Assembly (NCBI GenBank): GCA_965240325.2 | Contig: OZ251228.1 | Location: 2,108,001-2,172,000, forward strand | Origin: Rebecca billardiae RCC1528 | Lineage: Eukaryota; Protista; Haptophyta | Reading direction: 5' to 3' | DNA length: 64,000 nt | Part shown: positions 32,141 to 44,049 of the stretch, in pieces | Layout of the letters: every line of letters starts with the position of its first letter | Position numbering within the stretch: the stretch's first letter is position 1 | Notes under the pieces: generated by a model | What the model saw: only the letters and a program-made list of their open reading frames with translations | What the model was told of the DNA's origin: nothing | Databases searched by the model: none | Made by a program: the position numbers and the translations under genes

Positions 32141-33726
32141 GCTCGTGCGCACCGAGCTCCGCCCACGCGGTCGACGCCCGCTCTCGAACGAGGCCGTCAC
32201 GGCCGCCGTGCGGCGTGCGACCTCGGCCGCGCGGCCGCGCACGTCGAGGCGCGCTGCACGGCCGCGGCCGCGCGCCGCGCCGAGTCGGAGGTCGGCGCCG
32301 AGCACTGCGCCGCGCCGGCCGCGCCGAGAGAGGCGGACGACATCCGGCTAGCCAGGCACGCCGATCGTCGCCACCGCCGTAGAAGCCCGCTCGCCGCTGA
32401 GTCCGTCACCGTAGCCATGCGGCGCGCAAGCTTGGCCGCGCGGCACGGCGCGCCGCGGTGCGGCGCCGGCCGTGCGCGCGGCGTGCTGGGCCGAGTCGGC
32501 AGCCGGGGGCGAGTACTGCGCCGCGCCGAGAGGAGCGGGGCGCCGAAAGATGCGGGCGATGCACCGCCGGCGGAGCACGCCGATCGATCGCCTCCGACGC
32601 CGCCGAGTCTGCCACAGCGGTAGTGCTGCGCGTGCGATCACAGACGCAAAGCCGCTTGCGCGCGCGCGGCGCGCTTGACCAAGTCGAGTCCGATGACGGT
32701 AGTGGCTGCGCGGCCGCGCAGAAAGAACGAGCCGATGCACTTCAGGTCGTGCACACCGATCTCCGCCGACGCCCGCTCTCCGCCGAGCCCGGCACCGCCG
32801 CCCGGCGGCAAGCCGAGCTGCTCGGCGCGGCGCGGCGCGGCGCGGCGCGGCGCGGCGCGGCGCGCCGAGCCACGGCGCCGCCCGTCGGCGGGGCGCGCTC
32901 AGCCGAGGCGAGGATGATGCAGATGGCAAGTAGACTGCCATGCAGAAAGAAGCGGTCGACGCGCCTTGGGATGTGCGCGCCGAGCACTGCCGCGTGCGGT
33001 TGTGCTGGACACGCGTCGCCGTCGGAACCGTCGGCGTGCCAGCAGGAAGAGCAGGAGAAGGGCAGGAAGAAGGGCAGGCCCGCATGACGTGTATCGGAGG
33101 GCGCGGCGTGCTCAGCTTGGCGGCGTGCCGCACCGACGGGCGGAGGCAGGCGAGGGCGAGCGCCGGCGGCGGTTGGGGGCGCCGCGCGCGCGTGCGGAGG
33201 TCGCCGACCGAGGGGTGGGGCCGTCGCGGGCGCTCTGTTCTCGGCTGAATTCAAACTCCAAACCGCAGTCGTCGATTCAAAATCACTACGCCACCTGGTT
33301 ATTCGGACTCTTCCGGACTTTGAACCCCTCGAACCCCGACCGGGTTGAACCCCCTCGTCGAGATCGAACCCCCAGTCTGAGATTGTCCCCGACAATAGGA
33401 ACGCTGCCCCCTCCGCCGAACCCCTTCTTGTCCCCGGTACCGGCAAAAGTTTCGGCCATTTATCAAGCTGCAGAAGACATGCGGCCAACATCACGGCTCG
33501 CTCGCGTGTCCTCAAAGCCGCGTGATCGCTGAGAGATCGCACGGGTGGGAGCCAACTTTCGTCCGCACCCTCCGCCAAATTAGCGTCCTCCAATTGCCAA
33601 TAGGAAGAGACCGCGGGCTCCGGGCGGCCGACAACAGGTACGCAGCCAATCTAGACGCGCATGATGTGTTCTTCGAGACGAGTCGTGGCGCTTGCGAGCG
33701 TGACGCCTCGGCGCGCGCCGCGCTTC

Positions 33727-35434
33727 ATGTACGGCGCGTTGTTACTAGTGCTCACGGCGACAGTGGCGGGCATCGACGCCAGCCGAACGTTCGCCCCTCG
33801 CACCGCGCTGAGGTTGCCGAGCTCTGCTCGCGCGCAGTGCGAGATGCGCGGCCGCGGGGCCTCAACAGCCACGCGCACCGCGACCGCGACGCGCCGGCCA
33901 GGCCGGCCGTCGTCGGCCACGGTCGTGGGCGGCACACAGACGGGCTGGACATCCTTCTACGGCGTGAACCGGTATTCGGCGTCCACAAAGGACATCACCC
34001 CTGGCTCCGAGGCCATGCAGTGGTACCTGCGCGCGATCGGGCGCGACAAGCTGCTCGACCGCGAGAAGGAGATCATCTTGGCGAGCAGGATTCGGCGGCT
34101 CCTCGACTGGGAGAACCGCAAGGCGCAGGAGGAGGAGATGCTCAACCGCAAGATCACCATGCAGGAGTGGGCGGATGTCGTAGGTGCGTGGCCTCCGCTC
34201 GCACGCACGCATCGCGCGCGCGCCATCTACAGCGACGGCACGATGCAGGCGGCCCTGCGCAGCGCGGGTGCTCCGGCGCGCGCGGCCTTCAACATGCGCG
34301 TGCCTGTGGACTGGGCCAGCCCGCCCGCCGGGCATTCGCGCGCCTCGTCTCGCGCCTCGAGCCACGCCCCGTCCGCCGCCCATCGCTGTGCTCACGAGAG
34401 CCGCTCTTCCGCCCCTCACGCGTGCGCGTGCGCGTGCGCGCGTGTGCGTGTGTGTGTGTGTGCAGGCATGGAGCTTGCAGACTTCGACGCCAAGGTGCGC
34501 CTCTACCGGCAGGCGAAGAACACCATGGTGACGGCGAACCTCCGCCTGGTCGTCTCGATCGCCAAGAAGTACGCGAACCAGGGGCTCAACATCCAGGACC
34601 TCATCCAGGAGGGCTCGCTCGGCCTGATCAACGCCGTCAAGAAGTTCGACCCGGAAAAGGGCTGCAAATTCTCGACGTATGCGACGTACTGGATCAAGCA
34701 GGCCGTCACGCGCGCGCTGGCCGATCAGTCGCGCACCATCCGCCTGCCGGTGCGCGCGCCGCGCAGCACGCCGCGGCCTCCGCCCTCCATCCCGCGAAGC
34801 CGCCTCTTGCGCACGCGCGCACGCGCGCGCCGGTGTGCGATCCCCCGTGGAGCGAGCGTGCGGCTGACCCGGTGACGCGCCGCGCGGCCCGCGACACGGC
34901 TCGCCGCAGGTGCACATCAACGACTTCCTGAAAAACCTGCGCAAGGCGCACCGCCAATTCTTCGTCGAGCACGGCCGCTTCCCCACGGAGGACGAGCTCG
35001 CCGAGATCCTCGGCTCGGGGAAGGCGAAGATCTCGCTCGTGCGCCGCTCTGCGCAGGAGCTGATCTCGCTCGAGGCGCCGCGCCACTCGGCGCACGTGCG
35101 CTCGCAGAACGAGGAGGCGCGCATGCTGGACATGATCCCGTCGCAGTTCATGCACCCCGAGGAGGGCCTGCGCCTGTCCTTCCTGCAGGACGACCTGCGC
35201 TCCTCGCTCGACGAGGCGCTCGACTACGAGGAGCGCATCGTGCTCGCGCAGAGGTATGGCCTCGACGGCCTGCGGCGCAAGACGCTCGCCGAGATTGGCG
35301 AGGAGCTCGAGTACTCGACGACGCAGGTGCGGCAGATCGAGGCGAAGGCGATGCGCAAGCTGCGCAAGCCGACGATCAAAAAGGCGCTCAACGAGTACAT
35401 GTCGCCCGTCATGGAGTCGGCAGACTCGTGGTAA
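33727..35434 (+). CDS. Nuclear-encoded plastid RNA polymerase sigma-70 factor; introns 34184-34465 and 34750-34909
   Basis: Signal peptide [15 protein letters not shown] plus S/T/R-rich transit peptide; region 1.2 YLRAIG..LL..E; region 2 [42 protein letters not shown]; spliced RTIRLPVH; region 4 TLAEIG...[13 protein letters not shown]. Confidence 0.93.
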
Positions 35435-37258
35435 GCTCGAGTGCACTGGCGACGTCGGCGCGGCAGACGGGGTCGGCGGCGAATGGACGCGGGGCCACCG
35501 CGGCAGCCTGTGGCAACGCGTCACGGGCCGACGGCCGTGGCTCCCGCCGCGCGGTGCATGTGGCGGCTACCTCCGCGCACTGCCGTGCGCCCTGGTTTTC
35601 GCGCCCGTCCCGGTCTTCGTCAACAGCATGTTCGGCACTCACATTGTCAAGTCGTGCTTGTCACGGACGCATGGACGCATGGACGCATGGACGCATGGGC
35701 ATGGCATGAACTTAACTACGCGTGGCTCACTACTCGGAGTACTCCGACGTCATCGAGCAATGTCGCTTCGACGTCGTCGGTCTGAGCTATTGGCAACCCT
35801 CCGGGCCTCACACGGTCCAACGGTCTATGTGGATCCGCGCATCTACCGTTAGTCCGCAGTGCGGCTCAGTGCACTGAAGGCTACACAGCATGAAGGTTCA
35901 CGCGTCGACCGAACTGTACTCATTCTGTATCTGACGCATCGTGTACAGTTCACTATATGTGGCGTTATAACGGAGTTATAACCGAGTGTGTCGGGAGGCT
36001 GGAAAGGCAACGCGCAGCTGGTGGACAAGGGCCGCCATCGTCTTCTAGGTCCTGCAGGTAGTTGCAGTCGATTTCCGGAGCTCATCGGCCACGGAGCTAT
36101 CCTTTATCATCATCATGGCGGGCGCTGGTCCTTTCATATCGGCCAACCACACTGGCTCCTCTGTAAGTACCCGCTCCTCTCCACTATCCGGCGCTCGAGA
36201 TCATATACAAGGTCATCTTAAGTCGGCGTGGCAACTTACCAAAGTTCATATCAAGCAGCCCACCTAGCAGAGCTCGCTCGATCATCGGTTACACGACCTT
36301 TCGGGCCGAGCTGCTCATCTCTCGGCAGCCCCTGCTTCGGCCTGCGCATCTGCAAAGCCCGAGGTCCCGCCATCTCCTCTGCGTTCTTTGCTTGTGCTCG
36401 TTGGCTGCATGCTCGCATATATATGCTGCAATGCCTGCCCTCGCATGCACATCACGCAGACTGTGGGTGATGTTCGTCCATACTCAATGGCGTCGCGTCG
36501 CTCTTCATGCAGGAGGACACGATTTAATATATATAACGTGCGCACACTTGGTTGAGGCGTGATTGACGCCATCCGTCGATCCGACTGAACAATTATTAAT
36601 ATTATATATTCTGCACAAAGACACCGCCACCGAAAACAGACGGGCGCAGGCAGGTGAGGGGCGCGTTGCCGCACCGTACCCATCATATATATATATACTA
36701 CGACTATGATGTTTTAAGTTTTAACGTGCCACTCGATATCTTGGTTCAGGCCAGGTCACAGGTGCCCGAGTTCGTCGCGGGACTCAGACCGCGCCATCTG
36801 AGAATCGCACTTCGCAGGCGCATCTTAACAATAACCGACGACATTGCACTTAGTTAGATGCAGCAGTCGTGCACAATAAATAAGATTCACCGGCCGCCAT
36901 CACTAATCAAGCTGTTAAACTTGTATATTATTATAAAACTCATCAGACCGGCGCGGCAGGCAGGTGTCGCGCAGGTGTCGAGTCGGTGACGAGTGAGGGG
37001 CGCGTTGCGCACTGCATACACTACTGATACAGCAACGGCTATGCGCGACACTGATACTTGATAGCTAAGCGAAACGCCTAAAGAGTCTACGACTACTCTA
37101 CGACGTAGTCGTATAGTGACTCGATCACTAAGCTAACTTTAAAAAATATATAATATAATTTTATTTAAATAATAACCACAATAATAATACAATGATATAT
37201 AATGAAAATACTATAGCCAGCATAGCCAGGCGGAATGTCACGGATGCCATCAGCACCT

Positions 37259-40200
37259 TTATTGGTTGGCATTGCCCTCAAAGAAGCGCAGTCGAGCCTC
37301 GCGCAGCTCGTGTGCTGTGAGGTTGCCCTGATCCAGCCCCGACGCCTCTGTCGGCGCCGTCGCGGCCGGCGCAGCCGCGCGTTGCGTGCCATCGCAGCCC
37401 GTGCCCATGGGGCGCGCGCCGCTCTGCTGCTCGGGTGGGTCAGCGCGACGATTGCCCGAGGTGACCGCGCTCTGAGCAATCATGGCTTCGTCGCCGTCAT
37501 CGGACGAGTCGTCCAGCACGATGACCTCCTCCTGCTTCTCCAAGGCCTTCCGCGCACGCGCACGCGCGCCGGCCGGCTCATCGTCGTCGAGCGAGATCAC
37601 CTCGGGCGCGCGCGCGCTGCGGCCGGCGCGCGTGGCGCGCGCAGCCTCGTGCAGGCTCGCCGCGAGCGCGCGCTCGAGCTCGGCATCGGCGGTAGCGCGC
37701 TCGTGCTCGCGCAGGCTTGCGGCGAGCGCGGCCTTGAGCTCGGCATCGGGCTCATGGGCGGCGCCGCCTGGCCCGCTCAAGTCCATCGGCGCGTGCGCGT
37801 CGGCGACGAGCGCCTCCGGCAGCAAGGGCACCGGGTCGAAGAAGCTGCCTGTGCCGTGCGCCACGGCCGCGGACGACGACCCGGCCGCGCTCGCGCCGCC
37901 TCGCCCGCCGGCCCCAGCTCCGCTTGCCCCGCCGGCGGGTCTGGCGCTCGGTCGAGCCGGCTCGTCAGGCGACGCGGCGGGCGGGCGCGGCGCGCCGAGC
38001 CACGCGTCGAGCGGGGTGGGCTTCGCCGCGCGCACGCCGGCCCCGCCGCCCGCCGCGGCCGCCGTCGCCTCGGCGCCCTGCAGCAGCCGCACCTCGACCT
38101 CCCCAAAGCGCGCCTGCACGCCCGACTGCGCGAGGGCGATGAGCGCGCGCTGCGAGCGCGGCGGCACGTGGGCGACCGTGCGGTACGCGGCCCACTTGGC
38201 CGGCCACTTGAAGCCGCCGCCGCCGCCGCCCCCGCCGCTCCCGCCGCCGCCGCCCTTCGCCGCCGCCGCCGCCGCCAGCTTGGCCTCGTACGCCTGCGCG
38301 AGCGGCTTGTCGCTGCTGAGCAGGCCGTCCGCGCCGCGCGCGGCGTGCGACTTGGCGTACACGGTTACCTCCACGAGCGCGGGCTCGGCGGCGCGCGCGT
38401 TGAGCGCGGTGATGAGCGCGGCGCCGTCGCCGTCGGCCGTGGCGATCGACACGCCGCGCGCGAGCGCGCGCGAGCGCGGGCGCAGCTCGCGCTGGTTGGC
38501 CTCCACGAGCGTCTCCAGCGCGCACGTGCTCGAGCGCGCGCCGCCGCGAGCGCCGCCGCCGAAGCCGGCCGCGCCGGTCGCAGCGAGGTGCAGCGCGTGC
38601 GCGGCGATGCGCTCGATGGCCTCGCGCTCGCGCGCGCGCGCGGGCGCGGCGGGCTCGGTGGCCCCGACGGGCGTCACGCGCAGCGGCTCCGAGGCGAAGA
38701 AGCGCACGCGGAACGGCGCGCGCTGCTTCGACTCGGCCGCGGTCGGCGAGTTGGCCAGGCAGATGGGCAGCACGACGTAGGTGGCAGTCGGGTCGTCCAG
38801 CGCGCACGAGAACGCGCGCTGGCCGCGCTCGGCGCCGCGCAGCGAGCCGCCGACGAGTGTCTCGACGCGCCGGCCCTCGCGGTCGAGCCGGCCGATCAGC
38901 ACGGAGAGGTCGCCCAGCCGGTACGATCTGCGCCGGTCCTTACGGCACCAGTGGCCGCGGCGCGTCGGCTGGAGCGCGAGCACGTGCAGCGTGGCCGGCC
39001 GCTGCGCGCGCACGAGGTACGCGCATGCGCACAGCCGGCACGCCGACTTGCGCTCGGGGAAGGCGTTGGCGAAGGAGCGCGCGTGCCAGCCGCGGTGCGC
39101 GAGGCACACGTCCACGATGGAGAAGCCCATCATGAAGTGCGTCACGTCCATCCAGAAGGTGCCGTCGTCCACGCCCGTGCGCTCGAGACCGGCCGCGGCG
39201 ACCACGTCCGCCCACGCGCGCGACGAGTCCGACCACTCGCCGGTCCACTCTCCGACGCCGTGCGGGTTGCGCACGCGGACGAGCCGCACGTCGCGGCCGT
39301 CAGCCGTGCGCACCTCGCGCACGTCCAGGATCGAGTACGCGTGGCAGCCCACCAGCCCCACCTCGCGCAGGTTGGGCTCGGGCGCGGTCGCGCACCCCAT
39401 CGGCAGGCCGAGCGCGCGGCACGCGACCAGCGTCGGCCAGAGCTGCTCGAAGCGGAAGTGGTGCGCGTCGAGGTCGAGGGTGAGCGTCGGGCAGCCGGTG
39501 AGGTCGAGCAGCGCCTCGGCGATCTCGCCGCCGCTGATCGCGCGGTACGAGCCGTGCGCCTTGGCGTACCCCTTCTCCACGAGCGACGCCCACAGCTGCT
39601 GCGCGCCCGTGTGCGACGTGCAGCGGCAGAACGCGAGCTTTGCGCCAAACGCGAGCTCGGGGCGGCGCGGCTGCTCGGTGACGGGCAGCTGGTCGTCGAG
39701 GACGACCGTCGTCCACGCGCCGTCGAGGAAGAAGCGCAGCGCGTAGCACCCCGCCGCCGAGCGCGCCGTGTCGACGAAGAGCCGCGCGATCAGGTCGTGC
39801 CGCTCGGCGACGACCGAGAGCGCCGACATGAACCAGCAGTCGCCCACGCCGCCCTGCCGCAGGTCCTGCGCGCGGAAGCCGAAGTCCGAGACGACGTCCA
39901 GCGCGGGCAGCCGCGTCCAGCCGATCTTGGACCACGATGCCGCCTGGCGCTCGCCGCCGTCGACCCACGCGAAGTGGCCGCACTTGCGCTGCGCGCACCG
40001 CCAGTACTCGCGGCCCTTGTTGGGCGTGTCGAGCTTGACGGTGGACTTGGCCGCGTCCGTGCCGCAGCGGCAGCGCGGGGTCACGTCGATTGCGATCACG
40101 CGCTCCTCCTTGTCCGCCTGGCTCGGCTCCTCGCCGCGGACGGACGCATGTGTCGCCGGGAAGTCCTCGTCCACAAAGGCCGCGCCCGACGACGCATGCC

Positions 40201-40336
40201 GCCGAAGCGCGGCCTGGTACAGCGCGAGCTCGGGATCGTCGGGCTCCGTGTTGGCGTCGGAATCGGCGACCTGCTTGCTTGGCAGCAGCGCGAACGCGTC
40301 GGGCACCCCGTCTTCCCGCCACTTTGCGCTCTTCAT
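37259..40336 (-). CDS. Calpain-family cysteine protease with GRF-type zinc finger and C-terminal UIM/SIM-like motifs
   Basis: QGGVGDCWFMS (Cys), GCHAYSIL (His), RNPHG (Asn), LVEKGYAKAHGSY, DDGTFWM; CRCG...NKGREYWRC...CGHFAWVD; two (D)AEL..ALAASL motifs. Confidence 0.9.
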   Translation of the reverse strand: MKSAKWREDGVPDAFALLPSKQVADSDANTEPDDPELALYQAALRRHASSGAAFVDEDFPATHASVRGEEPSQADKEERVIAIDVTPRCRCGTDAAKSTVKLDTPNKGREYWRCAQRKCGHFAWVDGGERQAASWSKIGWTRLPALDVVSDFGFRAQDLRQGGVGDCWFMSALSVVAERHDLIARLFVDTARSAAGCYALRFFLDGAWTTVVLDDQLPVTEQPRRPELAFGAKLAFCRCTSHTGAQQLWASLVEKGYAKAHGSYRAISGGEIAEALLDLTGCPTLTLDLDAHHFRFEQLWPTLVACRALGLPMGCATAPEPNLREVGLVGCHAYSILDVREVRTADGRDVRLVRVRNPHGVGEWTGEWSDSSRAWADVVAAAGLERTGVDDGTFWMDVTHFMMGFSIVDVCLAHRGWHARSFANAFPERKSACRLCACAYLVRAQRPATLHVLALQPTRRGHWCRKDRRRSYRLGDLSVLIGRLDREGRRVETLVGGSLRGAERGQRAFSCALDDPTATYVVLPICLANSPTAAESKQRAPFRVRFFASEPLRVTPVGATEPAAPARAREREAIERIAAHALHLAATGAAGFGGGARGGARSSTCALETLVEANQRELRPRSRALARGVSIATADGDGAALITALNARAAEPALVEVTVYAKSHAARGADGLLSSDKPLAQAYEAKLAAAAAAKGGGGGSGGGGGGGGFKWPAKWAAYRTVAHVPPRSQRALIALAQSGVQARFGEVEVRLLQGAEATAAAAGGGAGVRAAKPTPLDAWLGAPRPPAASPDEPARPSARPAGGASGAGAGGRGGASAAGSSSAAVAHGTGSFFDPVPLLPEALVADAHAPMDLSGPGGAAHEPDAELKAALAASLREHERATADAELERALAASLHEAARATRAGRSARAPEVISLDDDEPAGARARARKALEKQEEVIVLDDSSDDGDEAMIAQSAVTSGNRRADPPEQQSGARPMGTGCDGTQRAAAPAATAPTEASGLDQGNLTAHELREARLRFFEGNANQ

Positions 40337-40525
40337 GCCAAGGCGACGCTCGCGGCCGAGAGGACGCGCGGGCGCGCTGGGCGCGCACGCCGTGTGCCGT
40401 TGCTGTGCCGCTGCCACTGTCGTCGTCTTACTGTATTTCTTTGTCTTCTCAGCCGAGTCCGGCCCGAGCGACCGGGTTCACTGCGGGCCGACGACGGCAG
40501 GCAAACTGCGGAGATCGTCATCAGC

Positions 40526-41206
40526 ATGCACCGCGCGGCGCTCTTCTTGTCCGTGCTCGGCACGGTCCACAGCGCCCAGGGGCTTGCGCGCGCGTCACGC
40601 GTCGCATCGCTCAGCCGGCGCGATGCCTCGCGCGCACTTGCGCTTGGCGGCGGCCTGCTCGTATGCCCGCCGGCGGTGTGGGCGGGCGCGTCGACAGACC
40701 TGCGCACCGACCGCGTGGTCGCCATGAACAAGTACCGCGGGCGAGTCGAGGCGGGCCGCGACTACTGGAAGTCCGAGCTGCCCAAATTCATCTCCTCTGG
40801 CGACTGGGCCGCGATCCGCGAAACTCTGAGCGTCAAGCCGGATCCGAAGGACAAGCGCGGCAAGCGGAAGCTCGAGGGCGCCCTGCTCGCGATGCAGCGC
40901 CCAATGGACCTTTGGGCCTCGAGCTTCTCGCGCGGCGCGCAGCGCTCGGAGGAGACGATCGCCCTGCTCGAGGCGAGTGACGCGTTCAAGGCGGCCGCAG
41001 CGCAGCTCGACGAGGCGACGGCCGCGACGGTCAAGTCCGGGGGCCTCTTTGGCATCCTGGGTGGCACCAAGGAGCTCAGCCAGGGCGAGCGCGAGAAGAA
41101 GGCCAAGGACGCGTACAGCAAGGGCTCCAAGGCGCTCAGCGCGTACATCAAGGAGATGAACGAGGAGCTCAAGACGATGGGTGTCGACCCGATGTCAAAT
41201 ATCTGA
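40526..41206 (+). CDS. Putative plastid thylakoid-lumen protein (signal peptide + Tat RR motif), PsbQ-like helical bundle
   Basis: MHRAALFLSVLGTVHSA, then LSRRDASRALALGGGLLVCPPAVWA (twin-Arg, h-region, AxA-like site). Mature part is helical and K/E/A-rich. Only the 3' part of ORF 37235-41206 is considered real. Confidence 0.65.
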   Translation: MHRAALFLSVLGTVHSAQGLARASRVASLSRRDASRALALGGGLLVCPPAVWAGASTDLRTDRVVAMNKYRGRVEAGRDYWKSELPKFISSGDWAAIRETLSVKPDPKDKRGKRKLEGALLAMQRPMDLWASSFSRGAQRSEETIALLEASDAFKAAAAQLDEATAATVKSGGLFGILGGTKELSQGEREKKAKDAYSKGSKALSAYIKEMNEELKTMGVDPMSNI

Positions 41207-41699
41207 GCAGAAGCCAGGCGGCAAACCTTGGCTCGCAGTATTGGACTTCACCGTCGGTCGACGGCCACTCCGGCACCGGAGTACGGTCTGCGGCCTGCCG
41301 TGGCTGCCGAGGCCCGAGGCGGCGAGCGACGACGCATCATGGATTGCTGCTTGGAAGCTCGAGTCTAGATGGCACGCGGGCGCACCGAGAGGCGCACAGG
41401 CCGCGTGTTCGGAGTCAGAGCGTCCTTGTCGCCACCGGCCTGTACGGCCGTACGCCGTGACCCGTGTCACACTCACGGCGCGTTTCTGCCCCGTCACGGC
41501 GTCGTCGGCGTAGTACCGCGTCCGCGTACCGCGTCGGATCAGCCATCAGGCGTCGAACGTACAGCATCATTGAGAGGTACTTTACAATCCCATGAGCGCT
41601 TTGTCACAGTACGAAGCCGCCGACTCAGCTTTCTCACTGTACTTCCACCTGTCACAGCAGATGATGTGAGACGAGTGACCGTGTCGATCTGCCATCTCT

Positions 41700-44017
41700 C
41701 CCCTTACGTATTCAGAGAACATCTCTGTGAGAGAACATCTCTGGGCAAGCCCCGCCAGAGATGTTCTCTGGCCGGCAGCCGCCAGAGATGTTCTTTCACA
41801 GAGAACGTTTTCGGAGCGCGCCACTGACCGTCTCGGCGGGCTGCCCTGCTGGGCTCCGACGACGGCTCCGCTACTCGCGTGCGACGCTCTCCGCCAAGCG
41901 CGATACCGGCCCGCCCACCGCGCGTTGAAGCGCGCTGGTGCACGAGCTCGCATGTTGAGCGCCATGGACGCTCTACGTAGGGCAGCGGCTCGCTCGCTCG
42001 CGCCTGTGGTGCCGCGCGTGCACGCGCGCGCGCATGCTCAAGAGCCGCCGCCCGACAGGGCACATGCACGCACGCGAGAGCACTGCCTTGATGCTGACGA
42101 GCGTGGTGGCTCGCATCTCGCAAGACGAGACGATTCCGATGCTTGCTTTCACCGCCTTGCAGCCCTCTCGCGCGTGGCCGCCACAAGCACCCGCGTGCGC
42201 AGCACTGAGCAGCGCGGCGCAACACGTCGCGTGTGCTCTTCGCGCGCTGCCGTCCATCTCCCGACGCAGAGGGCTCGAGCCTGTGTGCGCGCCTTGCCCT
42301 GCAGATGTGCGCATGCTCGCTGAACAGATCATTGGGGGCGCCGAGCAGTCTGCGCCCACGCCGCCGACTGATGAGGGCGGTGCAGGTTGGGGGATCAGCT
42401 TGAGAGTTGGCCTCGCGCCGCTGCTGCAGAGCCCAAGTCTCCTGAGACGCAGCCCTGGCGGCGCTGGCCAGGGGCGCGCACAGCGCGCGCTCGTGCGGCT
42501 GTGGATGCGGCCGTGGAGGTCGAAGCCGCATATGCGTAGCCGCGAGAGAGCGCGCGGCGCCCTCTCACGCGGCGCGCCTCGCTCGCGCCACATTCGCCTC
42601 GTCTCAGGCTAGCGCGTACGCGCACGCGTGCGCGAGCGCCAGCCGTGGGCACTGCCAACTGTCATCAGCTCGCGCGGGCGCGGGCCGCTGTGCGGTCGGC
42701 GTGAGCCAGGCGAGCCGCCGGGCAAGGTTGAGAGCTCATCGGTGCTAAGCAAGTGACCTCGCCTAGCACGAGCTTGCTCAGGGTCCCGTGCGCAAGCTTC
42801 GCGCCGCGCTCCTTTCGTATCAGGTGTTCCAAGACTTGTGTGCGCTGGGCCGCCACATTGTAAGTACTGTAGCACAAGCTGCGTACGCATCGTCACATGA
42901 CAGCACGGGCGCGGGGGCGCGGGGGTGGGGCGAGCGCGACGATGCGAGAAGCAGTATACACGTCAAGGGCATCTCAAACTCATCCGATGGCTTGCCCGGC
43001 GGCTCGCCTGGCTCACGCCGACCGCACAGCGGCCCGCGCCCGCGCGAGCTGATGACAGTTGGCTGCGCGCACGGCTGGCGCTCGCGCACGCGTGCGCGTA
43101 CGCGCTAGCCTGAGACGAGGCGAACGTGGCGCGAGCGAGGCGCGCCGCGTGAGAGGGCGCCGCGCGCTCTCTCGCGGCTACGCATATGCGGCTTCGACCT
43201 CCACGGCCGCATCCACAGCCGCACGAGCGCGCGCTGTGCGCGCCCCTGGCCAGCGCCGCCAGGGCTGCGTCTCAGGAGACTTGGGCTCTGCAGCAGCGGC
43301 GCGAGGCCAACTCTCAAGCTGATCCCCCAACCTGCACCGCCCTCATCAGTCGGCGGCGTGGGCGCAGACTGCTCGGCGCCCCCAAGGATCTGTTCAGCGA
43401 GCATGCGCACATCTGCAGGGCAAGGCGCGCACACAGGCTCGAGCCCTCTGCGTCGGGAGATGGACGGCAGCGCGCGAAGAGCACACGCGACGTGTTGCGC
43501 CGCGCTGCTCAGTGCTGCGCACGCGGGTGCTTGTGGCGGCCACGCGCGAGAGGGCTGCAAGGCGGTGAAAGCAAGCATCGGAATCGTCTCGTCTTGCGAG
43601 ATGCGAGCCACCACGCTCGTCAGCATCAAGGCAGTGCTCTCGCGTGCGTGCATGTGCCCTGTCGGGCGGCGGCTCTTGAGCATGCGCGCGCGCGTGCACG
43701 CGCGGCACCACAGGCGCGAGCGAGCGAGCCGCTGCCCTACGTAGAGCGTCCATGGCGCTCAACATGCGAGCTCGTGCACCAGCGCGCTTCAACGCGCGGT
43801 GGGCGGGCCGGTATCGCGCTTGGCGGAGAGCGTCGCACGCGAGTAGCGGAGCCGTCGTCGGAGCCCAGCAGGGCAGCCCGCCGAGACGGTCAGTGGCGCG
43901 CTCCGAAAACGTTCTCTGTGAAAGAACATCTCTGGCGGCTGCCGGCCAGAGAACATCTCTGGCGGGGCTTGCCCAGAGATGTTCTCTCACAGAGATGTTC
44001 TCTGAATACGTAAGGGG
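41700..44017. mobile_element. Foldback / Mutator-like non-autonomous element with 1027-bp TIRs and 9-bp TSD
   Basis: 41700-42726 is the near-perfect reverse complement of 42991-44017, with a 264-bp spacer. GCCATCTCT is duplicated at 41691-41699 and 44018-44026. Subterminal AGAGAACATCTCTG motifs occur in both orientations. Confidence 0.88.
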
Positions 44018-44049
44018 GCCATCTCTCGCTGTCGTCGCGCCGCCAAAAA

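Noticed and set aside
33661-35434. Sigma-70 and histidine kinase as evidence of bacterial contamination
   Set aside because: Both genes have spliceosomal introns matching neighbouring genes, and the sigma factor has a bipartite plastid-targeting presequence.
35950-35995. GTTATAAC-GGA-GTTATAAC palindromes as another element terminus
   Set aside because: Only weak resemblance to the 2706-4678 element end, and no matching opposite terminus found.
37235-40525. 5' 1097 codons of the 1323-aa plus-strand ORF
   Set aside because: Antisense shadow of the calpain gene; only the part from ATG 40526 looks like a real protein.
41704-44013. Duplicated 275-aa and 192-aa ORFs in the foldback arms as a transposase
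   Set aside because: No DDE or zinc-finger motifs; they are mirror ORFs produced by the inverted repeat.
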